Part shown: piece after piece, positions 41,537-53,779 of the stretch
Position numbering within the stretch: position 1 is the first letter of the stretch
Layout: each line of letters starts with the position of its first letter
Source: Guillardia theta CCMP2712
Lineage: Eukaryota; Protista; Cryptophyta
NCBI RefSeq assembly: GCF_000315625.1
Contig: NW_005434628.1
Coordinates: 200,595 to 264,594 of the forward strand
Reading direction: 5' to 3'
Length of the DNA stretch: 64,000 nt
Program-made: the position numbers and the translations under genes
The notes under the pieces: model-generated
Databases searched by the model: none
What the model was told of the DNA's origin: nothing
What the model saw: only the letters and a program-made list of their open reading frames with translations

Positions 41537-44500
41537 TTGACAAATAGCAACGCCAGCACTTCTATCACGGTATACATCAAATCCAGGTTCATCCTCATTC
41601 ATGTTGTGTGAGTCATCCATCTTGTCTTCACGTTCCATCTCCTCATCGCCCTTGGATGGTATCCCCTCAACCAGGCGCAGCAGCACGTTCTCACTACCAA
41701 GTAACATTTTGCACTGCACTGCAGGCTCATGCCTCATGTCGGCAAGTTGGTAGACCAGCGACACGATGCGCAGGCAAGCCAGCAGCCTCGACACGTCATG
41801 CTCCCTCAGGCTTCTCCTCAACTGCCTCGTGAGGATCCGGCTCTGACGAGCCGTCAGCCTCCAGTGCTCTCCGATGTAAGAGAGCTGATGGCTGGGGAGG
41901 AGGTGGAGGGAGAGAGGAGATGTCCGCTGCCTCAGCACATCAGTCAGCAACATGTCAAAACCCTTGTCTCCCCCTCCGGTCTGTCCGAGCAGGAAACCCA
42001 GCAGCTGACTCGTTCTCGCCCAGTTCTTGGTCCGTATCGCAGCCTCCATAGGGCTGACGCACATCCCGCCGGGTCGCAACAGAGCCTTGACAAGGTCTCT
42101 CCCTTCCCTCCCGCTACCGGCCCCGTCCAGCAGCTGCGACAAGATGCTACACTCCTCTCCTCTCAAGGCAACGACAAGATCATAAGCCTCGAGCCCGGCT
42201 CTCCTGCAAACCGCAGAGAAAGACGTCCAGCTCCAGTCTCGCCGGATCGACACGGCCGTTGAGTCTCCGCTCGAGCCGGTGAAGCTCCGGAGCTTCTCGA
42301 GGATGCTGAGGCCCTGCTGCAAGCTCTGCTCCTCGGTGACTCTGCCATGGGACAGCCTGCGACAAAGAGCTTCCTTCATCTCCAGCAAGCCGCTGGAAAC
42401 TTCAGCTGGGAACGGCTGGAACATCTCAAGGCAATCCAGCATCACCAAGCCTGCGCTGAAGAACATTGGGAAGCGCGTCAGCTTCTTCAAGGCTCCAACG
42501 AGCGCAGCCACGTCACATCCTTCCTTCGCCGCCTCTGTACCCCGCAACGACGCGTACTGCACGAACAACTCCACGCACAGCACGCAAGCAAAGTCGTCTG
42601 AAGCCTCCACCGTCTCCAGCACTTGGGTGAGCCACTTGGACCCTGAGCTCGGTATGCAAGCAGGGAAGTAGCAGACGAACTTCGGGGACTCCAAGATCCG
42701 GACGAATGCCAAGAAGTCGTTTTCACCCTTCACTCCCAGCTTGATGGACTCCAGCACTCGCTGAACTACCCTTGAGAACATGCTGTCGGCCTCGACGCCG
42801 CCCTGCTGCAGCACGAAACAAAAGTCACACAGCTCGACGAGGCTGAGCGAAGGAGGCACGAGCTTGGTGCTGATCTCGTCAGAAGAGGATCGCGGGCTCC
42901 AAGTCCAGCAGCAGGAGGGTTGGCCCTGCCGATTTGAAGTTCCCTTGCACTCCAGAGGCTCCCCCTTGGGACTGAAGGGAACCTCCATCTCAAACCACCC
43001 CTCAATCCAGTCGTAGAACCTGCCTACAAGCCTGAGCTTCCAGGGAGATAGGACCTTGAAGGTGCCTTTGATTATGCGGTTGCCGTGGTATTGACCCTCA
43101 AACGACTGCACTATCCCGCACTTCTTCAGCGTCAGTCTCATCCTAGAATCGGCGCAACTCTCTTTGTAACTGAGGGTCAACTTCCAGTCGTGGAGCGCAG
43201 AGAAGAGCGTCTCCGGGCAAACAGCTCTTATCAAGTTGCACTGCGAGCTCTCGGAGAGACGGTAAGGCTCCTCCCTCCCTCCTGACAGCACTGCTTCCTC
43301 CTTTCCAGGAGTTCTCTTGCCCGCCCGCCTGCAGAAGTGCTGCAGTTTATGGTCGGGGAGTTGAAGACTGTCCTCCAAGATGCGCGCGATTGCAGGCTTT
43401 CCTTCGGAGTCCGCGGAGAACGGGTCTGATCCTGCTTCCAGCAAGACGTCAAGGGCGGCTAGGAACCTTGTCGTGCATGCTAGGTGAAAGGGAGTTTGAC
43501 CAGTGGACGACCTCTGCCGCAGCATCGACGACACGCTGTCAGGTCCGACGGCGGTCATCAGTCTCTTCAAGAATTTGAGGTTCCTCCCCTCAACCGCCAG
43601 GTGCAGCAGATTCTCTTGCCTGCCCGTCAGGGTCTCGCGGTCCGATAGCGTCAGCAGCTTGAGAGCCTCCGCTCCTCGCCCATGCACACACGCCACATGC
43701 AAGGGCGTCATGCCCGTGCACTCCGAGAGGCAGCGACATAGTCCTCGCAGTCGATCCTCGTCCAAGTCAAGGACTTGCCACATCGGGCTCAGAGTCTCAT
43801 CGGGCAGCCCCAAGCCCTCAGCCATCAAGTGAACGACCGTCCTGCCTCGTACAGTCAAGCTGACGTCTGCCCCTTCCTTGAGCAGCAGCGCAGAGACCTG
43901 CGTCTCTTGGTTTTTGAAGGCAGTATGTAACGCGGTCAAACCTTCCGGCCCTCCTCTAGCGTTGACAAACTCCTCATCCAACGCGTCTCGACATTCTCTG
44001 AAGAGCATCTCCATGATCCGAGCGCCTCTGCCCCTTGCATGCACCTGCTCCCACTCCCCTTCACAGCACAAGTGGAGGACAGTAGAGCCAAATGCCGATC
44101 TAGCTTTGACATCCGCTCCGTGCTGCAGGAGCTGAGAAACAACATCCCACTCGTGATCTACACAAGCAATGTGGAGGGGAGCCAATCCTCGCTCACTGCT
44201 CAGCGTGTTGATCATCTCAGGACATGACGGCGAGTCCAAGAGCAGGGAGAGGCTCCGACCGATGCTGCTGGACCCGCGGTCCCCCAGCAGCGCGTGCAGG
44301 GCTGTCTCGCCATCGCAGAGGATAGAAGGGTCTGCTCCGAAGGCGAGCAGAAGCCTGATCTTCTCCAGCCTGTTGGACTTGCAACACACGTGCAACGGCG
44401 TCATGTCTGTCCTCTTCGAGCGCCTGTTGATCAGCTCTGATCGCTCCGCTGGCTCCACGCTCTCCAGCAGCTGCTGGAGGACCTCCGTAGAGTCTCCTTC

Positions 44501-47407
44501 AGCTTCTGCTGCTGTCATCAAGCTTGTGTCCCCGTTCTGAAGCTCCCACGAGGCCTTGCAACCTAGTCGGAGCAAGGAGGCGACTTGACGGGCTTCCGAG
44601 CAGCTGCAGGCAAGATGGAGGGCAGCGCATATGAGCTTCGGGTGCAAGAGTTTTGCATCTTGGCCTTCATGCGGCTGGACGACGTCGACGATGAAGTCCA
44701 ACAGCTGCCGCCCTGACTGCATGTCCAAGAGGTACTGGTTGTCACCTCCTCCGGCAAGCAGCATCACGATCGTCATCAGATGGACCTCCTGCACCTCGTA
44801 AAAGATGCGATATCGCTTTAACGCATTGGTGCAACAGCCAGCAAGAGAGAGCCCTCGAGACTTGAGCTCCTTCATCAAGCACGCCAGGCACCTGAGCCCG
44901 TCAAAGGAGAAGACTGACTCCTCGGCCATGAGCCTTCGGAGCGTCCCGTAGCTCTCCTCTTCTACCAGCCTCAGCAATCTCTTCACCAGCGGCACAGCCG
45001 CGTCATCGTACGCCTGGGTTAACACCTCGACGACGTGAGGACCCTTGCCTTCCCTGCTTCTGTCTGAGCTCAAGAGAACCTCAACCATGATGGACATGTC
45101 CGAGTCGTGCTGCTCAAGAGCGGGAGTTGAGAAGTCCGCCAGGTAATCTGCCATCTTCTGCTCGCCGTCTCTCATTATGGTCCTCTTCACTTCACGTAGT
45201 AGGTCAGCATCCGGCTCGAACGTTTTCCATTCCGTGGACAAGACATGCAGGACAGTATTCCCTTGCAAGTCGGTGACGAAAGCGTCCGCCGAAGCCTTCG
45301 ATAGGGCACAAACAGCAGAGACGTTTCCCTTGTCCGCTGCTAGGTGAAGGGCAGTGAAACCGTCGCGCGCCCTCGGTTGATCCACTTGGTCCTTAAAGCA
45401 GGACACCAACTCTGCAAACAACTCGGACGGGAATCCTTCCGTCTCAAGAGCTGCATGAAGTACAGTGAACGGCGCTGCCCTCGCCGGGGCTTCCGTCTCA
45501 TTTCGCCTCATCAATCGCCTGAATGTGCCCAGGTTCGCAGCCTTTACCATGTGCTGCAGCGCAAAGTGGAGTGGTATCAGCCCTTCGGTCGTCTGGACGT
45601 CGGTGCAGGCCCCGTTGTCAAGCAGCAGGTCGATCGCTTCCGTCCTCCCCGCCTTGCAGGCCAGGTGCAAGGCAGTGAGACCGCCTGGCTGTGATGCGAG
45701 GTCAAGGAAGACGGGCAGGTCTCCCCCGTGCTCCCTCACTCGCTGCAGGCAGAGCGCGAAGATCTTGTCGACCGTCTGGTCCCACGAAGATCGCAAGAGC
45801 AGCTGATGGATGACTGTACTCCCACACCCTCCCAGCGCTGAGACGTTTGCACCTCTCTCGACCACTTGCTCAAAAAGCGTTAAAGAGCCTTTCCTGGCGA
45901 TGCGATGGAGGAGAGGCAGCTTGTTAGAACCGAAACCAACGTCAAGGACTTGCTGGATGCTGGGACTCCGGAGAGCCAAGTCGATGATTCCATGCTTCCA
46001 CAGGTCGGACAGGCAGGCAACCCGCAGCAGCAGCTGATTTTCGTCCCTGCTCAGATCCGCTCCCTTGCAAATGAGCAGATGAGAGGTTTGTACGTTGTTG
46101 CACATCAAGGCACAGAACAGTGGGCTCACTAATCTGCTTTGATTGTGATGTTCGACAATCTCAGGAGAATAGATCAAGAAGCTTGCGACCGAGCTCAGCG
46201 TCTGGCTACTCGTGCAGTGTTTGCAAAGAATGTTCATGACTGCCAGCCCAAGTCTCGGATGCTGCGACATAGCGGCCAAGTGAAAGGCAGTTTCACCATT
46301 GTCGTTGCGGTGTTGCAAGTCCGTCTTGTCAGCAAGGAAACCGACAGTTTCTAGTATGATTTCTGTTTGTTCGTGTGACTCGTTGACCTGGTTGCTGAGC
46401 AAGCCTGTAAGGTGAGAGACTGACAGGTCCAACTCGCCCTGTGACCATGTGTCTTCCTCCATGCAATGTCTGCATACCATCATCAGCAGGATGTTCCCCT
46501 TGTGATCAACCCAGGACGTGTCGAGGCATTGGAGCTCGTCAAAGAGTTTCAGGACCTCCAGCCAAAGATCTTCGCATGCGCACACAGCCAGGCACTCGAG
46601 ACACGACTTTGCGAACTCCGGCAGGCCTATGAGCGCCTGGTCTCGACCCTCCACTACCTCCCTCGAGCTGCTCCTGGACTGCAGCAGCAGTCGGATCCCC
46701 CGGCCAAGTTTCACCAGCTCTTGGGTATCGTAGAGTTCTTCCAAGCTCAGTTTGATCGGCTCGACAAGATGCTGCCAGTGCGAGCAAGGGTCTTCGCTCA
46801 GAAAGTCGCTTCGGCCCAAGTCAGCCTCTAGCAGGATGGACATCCTGGCGAAGGTAGTGATCCAATGTGCTCCAAGTACCATCCTGCTCAGACCGCTCAA
46901 GCTGTCTCTCAGTTTCTTGCTCCCCAATCGCTGCAAGTCCGAGGGGCTCGAGGCGATGCCCGCGTTTCGCAGCATGCAGATGACGAATCGAGCAATGAGA
47001 GGGAAGCAGCTCCTGTCGACGACTCTCTTCAGCTCCCTGCAGCAGCAGCGCAGCATCTGATAGTGGTGAAACTGCAGACCCTTCCCTTCCCCTCCTGCTC
47101 TTTGAAGCAGAGCCATCGACTTGGCATCCTCAAGCCGCCTCACGAGTGTTTCCTCCACCTCTCCTGACTGGCCGGTCGCAGGAGGCTGAGACGAGTCCTC
47201 CTCCTGCATGCCAACGTTTTTGTCAGCTTCGGACCTGAGAGCAAGTCAGTGAAGGCGTGCTTGCTCAATAGCCTCTGCTTCCACTCACTGCCCGTCTCCG
47301 CTTGTTGGACACGAAAGTCGATCCCTGAGCTCATGCAGCACGTCAACTTCTTCCCACAGCAGCATCCCCAGTAGAGCTGGCTCCCAGCTATCGACGACAT
47401 GCGCCAT
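38996..47407 (-). CDS. Giant ankyrin-repeat protein (~2,785 aa): short exon 1 (47289-47407), 54-bp intron, 8.2-kb exon 2; acidic tracts
   Basis: 2737-aa ORF with many TPLH/TALH ankyrin repeats (GLTALHLACKAGRTEAIDLLLDNGA; GQTPLLMASKTGRRDIVTSLLAAGA). A GT-AG intron at 47235-47288 with a CTGAC branch site joins MAHVVDSWEP... in frame. Confidence 0.92.
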
Positions 47408-47624
47408 GGCTGCTGTGCCGCGCGTTGGGATGGCGTCAGGGAAGGACGGGTAGGTGTCTGGGTTAGTGTGCTGGGAACGCAAGGGAGCAGCAGGCAAGAT
47501 GGGTGAGGCTTTACTCAGGCTAGTGGGGGTAGAAAATGAGCTGCCAAGTAAGTAGCTGCTGCCTCTCACATTTCTTAGTTGAGTTCCATGAGGCAGGCCC
47601 ACGTAATGTTTTTTAGTATTATTG

Positions 47625-48030
47625 GTGACCGGGCCCTAAGTTAAGTTAAAAATCAGTACGAAGAGCACGGGCCCGGGCCCGGGCGGCTCGGAACTTTGGT
47701 ACCCCTACCCCTATTTTCAGAGAGTCCCAGTGAGGTAGGTAGGGTATTTTACATACCCCACCCTTTCAAAGACTACCCTACCCCCTCAGTGATATGCACA
47801 TTGCCGGTTGTGGACCTTCCCAAGCGCAAGTGACAACTATGGGTGCTTGTGTTGTGAGGGACGGAGGGGGTAGGGTACTCGTAGACGGGGTAGGGTGACT
47901 TGTGAAGTACCCTCCTTCCCCTGCTGAACAGAAGTCGAAAAGGAGGTAGGGGTAATAAAGTATTGTACCCGGTATTGGTGGTGCAATGTGGTGGGTAGTT
48001 ACCCCCACCCCTCAAGTACCACTCAATACC
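47625..48030. promoter_or_regulatory. Divergent intergenic region: CCGG island plus GGGTA/TACCC-rich tract
   Basis: gggcccgggcccgggc island and the shared 24-mer (47638-47661), followed by dense ggggta/tacccc words; lies between divergent gene starts. Confidence 0.4.
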
Positions 48031-48666
48031 GTCTCCTCTGTTGCCTGCATGTTCTTGCTGGACTCGGCACACCGACAGGAAGACGAGGGGAAGGGAGGGG
48101 AGGGAGGGAGGCGAGAATGGAGAGAGAGGAGAAGTAGCAGGAGAAGTAGAGGAGGGAAGAGTTGACGTGAGAAGGGAGGAAGGGAGGAGAGGTGGGACAG
48201 GATCGAGGCGAGGATGGGAATGGAGAATACAGGTGGACACCAGAATTAGGACAAGATGTCGTTGAACGGGGCAGGGCAGGGTCAGAGGTAGAGTGCAACA
48301 ATGCATCGAGAAGATAAGATGAAGGATGACAAGAAAATTCCACATGACAAATCCTAAGTGCAGTTCAGAGAGGGAAGAAGGGATAGTTGGTAGGAAGTGA
48401 TGGGTGGAGAGGAAAGGGCCATGTGGATTTTGCGTTTATGTCAAACAGCTTCAAATATCCGATTAGAACAGATGAATCATTCCATTCAATGATTGTTGAG
48501 TCTCGATTCCAGATATGAGATAATCGACACCACTGGGACTTCGAGCATTTCGAAAGGAAGATAGGGAGTCTAAGTCACAAGAAGGGCTTGAAAACCCGCG
48601 CCATTCTTCCACGAAACATGTGAGGATTCTTGTGATTTTCTCTCTTCTCTTGCCTGTGCCACATTC

Positions 48667-50609
48667 ATGCGCACGAGGCCAGTTTATGAAATTGTTTCAC
48701 TGCCAGCCATCACGACAGTAACGCCTGATCACGAGGAGTATTTGACCATGTCAAAATACAGGGAATACAACCGAACGCTGAAAGGCGTTGGGCTAGCAAT
48801 GGGGATCTTTGTGAGTCCTGACCGTGCGTTTGAGATGAAAGTGAATGGGTGGCAGGTGTGTCTGATATCATACGGATACTTCCAAGAGCTCATCATGACC
48901 GGGACGTGGGGCAACGACAAGATCGGCGGCACTCAGATCAGCTCTCTCTTCCTCGTCATGTGCAACCGCATCACGTCGATGGGCATCGCCGTGCTCGCCA
49001 TCATGATCAAGAGGGACACGCTGATGCCCGCGGCGCCGCTTACGGCGTACTGCGCGATCGCTTTCTCGAACATGATGGTAGGAGGGCGAGGAAGGAACGA
49101 GGGGGAGGGGGATGGGGAGGGAGGGGAGGAAGGAGGAATAGGGAAGAGGAGAAGGAAAGGGCCAAGAGGACTAAGAAGGGCTGCGCGTGCAGGCGACGAC
49201 GTGCCAGTATGAGGCGCTACGGTACGTGAGTTTTCCGACGCAGACGCTGGGAAAGACAGCGAAGATGATACCGGTGAGCGAGTGGAGGAGGGAGAGGGGG
49301 AGCGGGGAGACGAGGAGGAAGGAAGAGGAGAGAGGGAGGAGTGGGGAAGGAGGGAGGAGGGAGGGGAAGAGGAGGTGACGGGCGTCGTGCAGGTCATGAT
49401 ATGGGGAACCCTCCTCTCCACCCACAGATACAAGCTAAAGGACTACCTGGTGGCAGCGGGAGTGACGACGGGGACAACTTTATTCTTGCTGACGGGGCCT
49501 GTATCGGCGAAGTAAGCGATGAGAGGAGGGAGAGGAGGGGAGGGGAGGGGGAAGAGAGTAGAGGAAGAGGAAGGGGAGGGGGATTGAGAAGCTGGCAGGC
49601 ACTCGAGAGACTCGAGGACGACGGCGATGGGAGCCGTGATCATGGCGATGTATCTGTTCTTTGACGGCTTCACGTCGACGGTACAGGAGCGGCTGTTCAA
49701 GGACCGTAAGGTGAGAGAGGGGAGGAAGGGGAAGAAGAAGGGAGGCGGTGGGGGTCTGAGGAGAGGGAGCAGGTGTCGACCTGGAACCAGATGCTGTACG
49801 TTGGGCTGCTGTCGGCGTTGGTGACGGGGCTGGGGTCTCNNNNNNNNNNNNNNNNNNNNNNNNNNNNNNNNNNNNNNNNNNNNNNNNNNNNNNNNNNNNN
49901 NNNNNNNNNNNNNNNNNNNNNNNNNNNNNNNNNNNNNNNNNNNNNNNNNNNNNNNNNNNNNNNNNNNNNNNNNNNNNNNNTACATGCACATCTTGGCGCT
50001 GTCGATGTCGGCGGCGGTGGCGCAGGTGCAGGAGGAGGAGGAGGAGAGGAGGGGGCGGGAGAGGCTGAGAGGGGGGAGCAGATCTTCATCCTGCTGATGA
50101 TCCGAGACTTCGGGGCGCTGCTGTTCGCGACGGTGATGACGACGAGGCAGTTCCTGTCGATCCTGCTGTCATGCATCATCTTCCTGCATCCGTTGTCAGG
50201 GGGGCAGGTGAGGTCCGGGGAAGAGAGGAGAGGGAGGGGAGGGGATGGGAGGGGAGGGGAGGGAGAGGAGGGACTGACGAGGGTAATGGTGCAGTGGGTT
50301 GGGACGTGTCTTGTCTTCGGGTCTCTGTACTGGAAGACTCTTGTATCGATGCCAGGTGAGGAGGCGAGGAGATCGAACATGCAGGCAGGGAGTGGAGTGA
50401 ATGGAAAGGGTGGCAGGGAAGGGGAGCAGAAAATGTCGGAGAATTTTAACGCACTGAGCAGGCAACAAGAAGGAACAGGCTCATCACCAGGAGGAAGGAT
50501 CCAAAGAAGAAGGAGAGAATCTGATGGAGAAGATGGACGATGTGGAGGCAAACAAGCACGAGGTCGACAAGGAAGAGAATCGGAATTAAGAGATAAGCCG
50601 GACAACTAA
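48667..50609 (+). CDS. UAA-family nucleotide-sugar/PAPS transporter (SLC35B2/UTR5-like), copy A
   Basis: YGYFQELIMT, FLVMCNRI, TTCQYEALRYVSFPTQTLGKTAKMIP|VMIWG, YLFFDGFTSTVQERLF, IRDFGALLFATVMTTRQFLSILLSCIIFLHPL; interrupted by an N gap. Confidence 0.92.
49840..49980. other. Assembly gap (N run)
   Basis: 141 N inside transporter copy A. Confidence 1.
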
Positions 50610-50796
50610 GGCAAGTGATATGAAAGGAGATAAAATGCATTTGTTTTTAAACATATTCAAACACATCCTGTCCTGCTCGAAAATCAGAAACAAGCTAGCG
50701 AAAAACACAATCTGATCATGTGATTCAAATTTGATATCTTGACTCCTTTGCGGAGGTTTTGCTCACAAACAATAAGGGAAGAGAAACTTGTTACTT

Positions 50797-52513
50797 TCAT
50801 TTCTTCCAGACATGGAACGCTGTCTTCATGTAAAGGCACCCAAAGACAAGACACGTCCCAACCCACTGCACCATTACCCTCGTCAGTCCCTCCTCTCCCT
50901 CCCCTCCCCTCCCCTCCCCTCCCCTCCCCTCCCTCTCCTCTCTTCCCCGGACCTCACCTGCCCCCCTGACAACGGATGCAGGAAGATGATGCACGACAGC
51001 AGGATCGACAGGAACTGCCTCGTCGTCATCACCGTCGCGAACAGCAGCGCCCCGAAGTCTCGGATCATCAGCAGGATGAAGATCTGCTCCCCCCTCTCAG
51101 CCTCTCCCGCCCCCTCCTCTCCTCCTCCTCCTCCTGCACCTGCGCCACCGCCGCCGACATCGACAGCGNNNNNNNNNNNNNNNNNNNNNNNNNNNNNNNN
51201 NNNNNNNNNNNNNNNNNNNNNNNNNNNNNNNNNNNNNNNNNNNNNNNNNNNNNNNNNNNNNNNNNNNNCCTCCTCTCCCTCCCTCCTCCCCCCTCTGCTC
51301 ACAAGTTCGCGTCGTACGGCGGTACTCCTCCTCCCCCATGAGACCCCAGCCCGTCACCAACGCCGACAGCAGCCCAACGTACAGCATCTGGTTCCAGGTC
51401 GACACCTGCTCCCTCTCCTCAGACCCCCACCGCCTCCCTTCTTCTTCCCCTTCCTCCCCTCTCTCACCTTACGGTCCTTGAACAGCCGCTCCTGTACCGT
51501 CGACGTGAAGCCGTCAAAGAACAGATACATCGCCATGATCACGGCTCCCATCGCCGTCGTCCTCGAGTCTTTCGAGTGCCTGCCAGCTTCTCACTCTCCC
51601 TCCCCTTCTTCTTCCTCTACTCACTCCTCCCCCCCCCACTCCCCCCTCCCCTCCCCCCTCCCCTTCCCACCTCTCTCTCATCTCATCGCTTACTTCGCCG
51701 ATACAGGCCCCGTCAGCAAGAATAAAGTTGTCCCCGTCGTCACTCCCGCTGCCACCAGATAGTCCTTTAGCTTATACTTTTTTCGAGCAAGAAATGTTCC
51801 CCATATCATGACCTGCACGACGCCCGTCACCTCCTCTTCCCCTCCCTCCTCCCTCCTTCCCCACTCCTCCCTCTCTCCTCTTCCTTCCTCCTCCTCTCCC
51901 CGCTCCCCCCTCTCCCTCCTCCACTCGCTCACCGGTATCATCTTCGCTGTCTTTCCCAGCGTCTGCGTCGGAAAACTCACGTACCGTAGCGCCTCATACT
52001 GGCACGTCGTCGCCTGCACGCGCAGCCCTTTTAGTCCTCTTAGCCCTTTCCTTCTCCTCTTCCCCTACTTCCCTCCCTTCCCTCCCCCTCCCTCCCCCAC
52101 TCCCCCTCCCCCTCGTTCCTTCCTCGCCCTCCTACCATCATGTTCGAGAAAGCGATCGCGCAGTACGCCGTAAGCGGCGCCGCGGGCATCAGCGTGTCCC
52201 TCTTGATCATGATGGCGAGCACGGCGATGCCCATCGACGTGATGCGGTTGCACATGACGAGGAAGAGAGAGCTGATCTGAGTGCCGCCGATCTTGTCGTT
52301 GCCCCACGTCCCGGTCATGATGAGCTCTTGGAAGTAGCCGTAGGAGAGGAGACAGACCTGTATGCAAGTCATCTTACACCAGTCTTGAAGGTCTACTAGG
52401 CTCACAAATATTCCACATGCAAGCAGCAATCCCCTCATAGTCTTCTTGTTCCCTTTCGCTTCATCATCGTTTGAATCACTGTCGGTTTGCATGTCTTCGT
52501 CGGTGGTCATCAT
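50797..52513 (-). CDS. UAA-family nucleotide-sugar/PAPS transporter (SLC35B2/UTR5-like), copy B, inverted relative to copy A
   Basis: Same exons as copy A on the minus strand, with a different N-terminus (MMTTDEDMQ...) and C-terminus (YMKTAFHVWKK*); the start is uncertain. Confidence 0.92.
51169..51268. other. Assembly gap (N run)
   Basis: 100 N inside transporter copy B, at approximately the same gene position as the gap in copy A. Confidence 1.
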
Positions 52514-52899
52514 ATTAGAGAAAACAAACATCTCCAAACAAACACTCCTTACCTGCTTGTCGTTGATCAGCCTGGCACATGCTAGACTTCTAATGATTAT
52601 GCTCCACAACTGACATGAGTACTTCAGTTCATGCTCCACCGGAGACGAAATTTTTTCGATGAACTTTCAGTTTGAAATGCAGGAAACAGCATTCCAGCTG
52701 TCTTTTGATATGCCATGATGCTGATTTTCAGACGTCTTTTGATCCTTTCGTCTACACATCTCCCACCTTCACTCTCAATAATTCAATTCTGAAGGATTTT
52801 TCTCAGGCAGTACATTAGTATAACAGCGACTATACTTCTTTTCCTTGATGTTTTCATTCACACGAGAGTCAGGGTAGTAATCATATGAGATAAATCACC

Positions 52900-53670
52900 A
52901 TCTTCTCATTCACTTCCTACATGCTCCCGTTTCATAGCCCAAACACTCGTTACACCCTCTGAAAACCCCTACATGCCATCTTTCTTGCTGGTCTGTTTTA
53001 CCCCACCCTTGGATTCTGTTTCAAAATCTTTACATCACCCTCTTTTCTCCTGCAAGATTCAGGTAAATAACCGGTAGTAAAGTACCCCTTGGCACTACCC
53101 ACCCTCCATCATGGCTTTGTTTTATTACTACACGTCCACAAAGTCCACCCACCCTCCCCAAGTCGTTCTGACCCCTGCTCTGATCCCTACCCTCCCTTTA
53201 CTCCACCTTTAAATTGCCTGTAGTACCCCTACCTGTGATTCCATAATGGTTCTGGGTATTGGACCCCATGTAATCCACTACCCCACCTTGTATTTGGATC
53301 CTCTCTAGATTTTTGCCACCCCCGTTTTCCCTTTCTCTTGGATTAATTCCAACTTTTTAACTTACCCCATCTCATTTATCTCAAATTTTCTGGTGACATT
53401 TCAAATTATTTCATTCATAAATACCAATGATTCAGTCAACATTTAAATGTAGTAGCAAATCCTGACTCGTTCTGAAGAGGCCCGGACCCGGTCCCGGAGT
53501 CCACGGTCGGCCCGGGCGGTCCGGGTCGCCGGGGCCGGCCCTGCACTGCGCCGGGCGGCAGTACGGTAGTGACTCAGAGTTGGAGTGCGCCGGGCGGCGG
53601 CGCTCACCGGGCCGCTGCACCGGGCCCGGGCCGGACCGAGGCCGCTAGTAGGCCCCCGAGGCGGCTGGCC
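52900..53670. promoter_or_regulatory. Intergenic TACCC-rich tract plus CCGG-rich GC island (53478-53670)
   Basis: Upstream of transporter copy B; same two-part composition as at 15.9-16.9 kb and 47.6-48.0 kb. Confidence 0.4.
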
Positions 53671-53779
53671 TAGATATAGACAAACTTCAATCAGACTCCC
53701 CCAGTAGTTTACTAATCAGCCAGTCACAAGGCTTGAAGCGCAATATGTGACCCCGTGACAACCATTTGCTTTTGTCACG

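Noticed and set aside
38286-46811. Inverted repeats read as transposon TIRs around the ankyrin gene
   Set aside because: One arm lies inside the coding sequence; no transposase or target-site duplication was seen.
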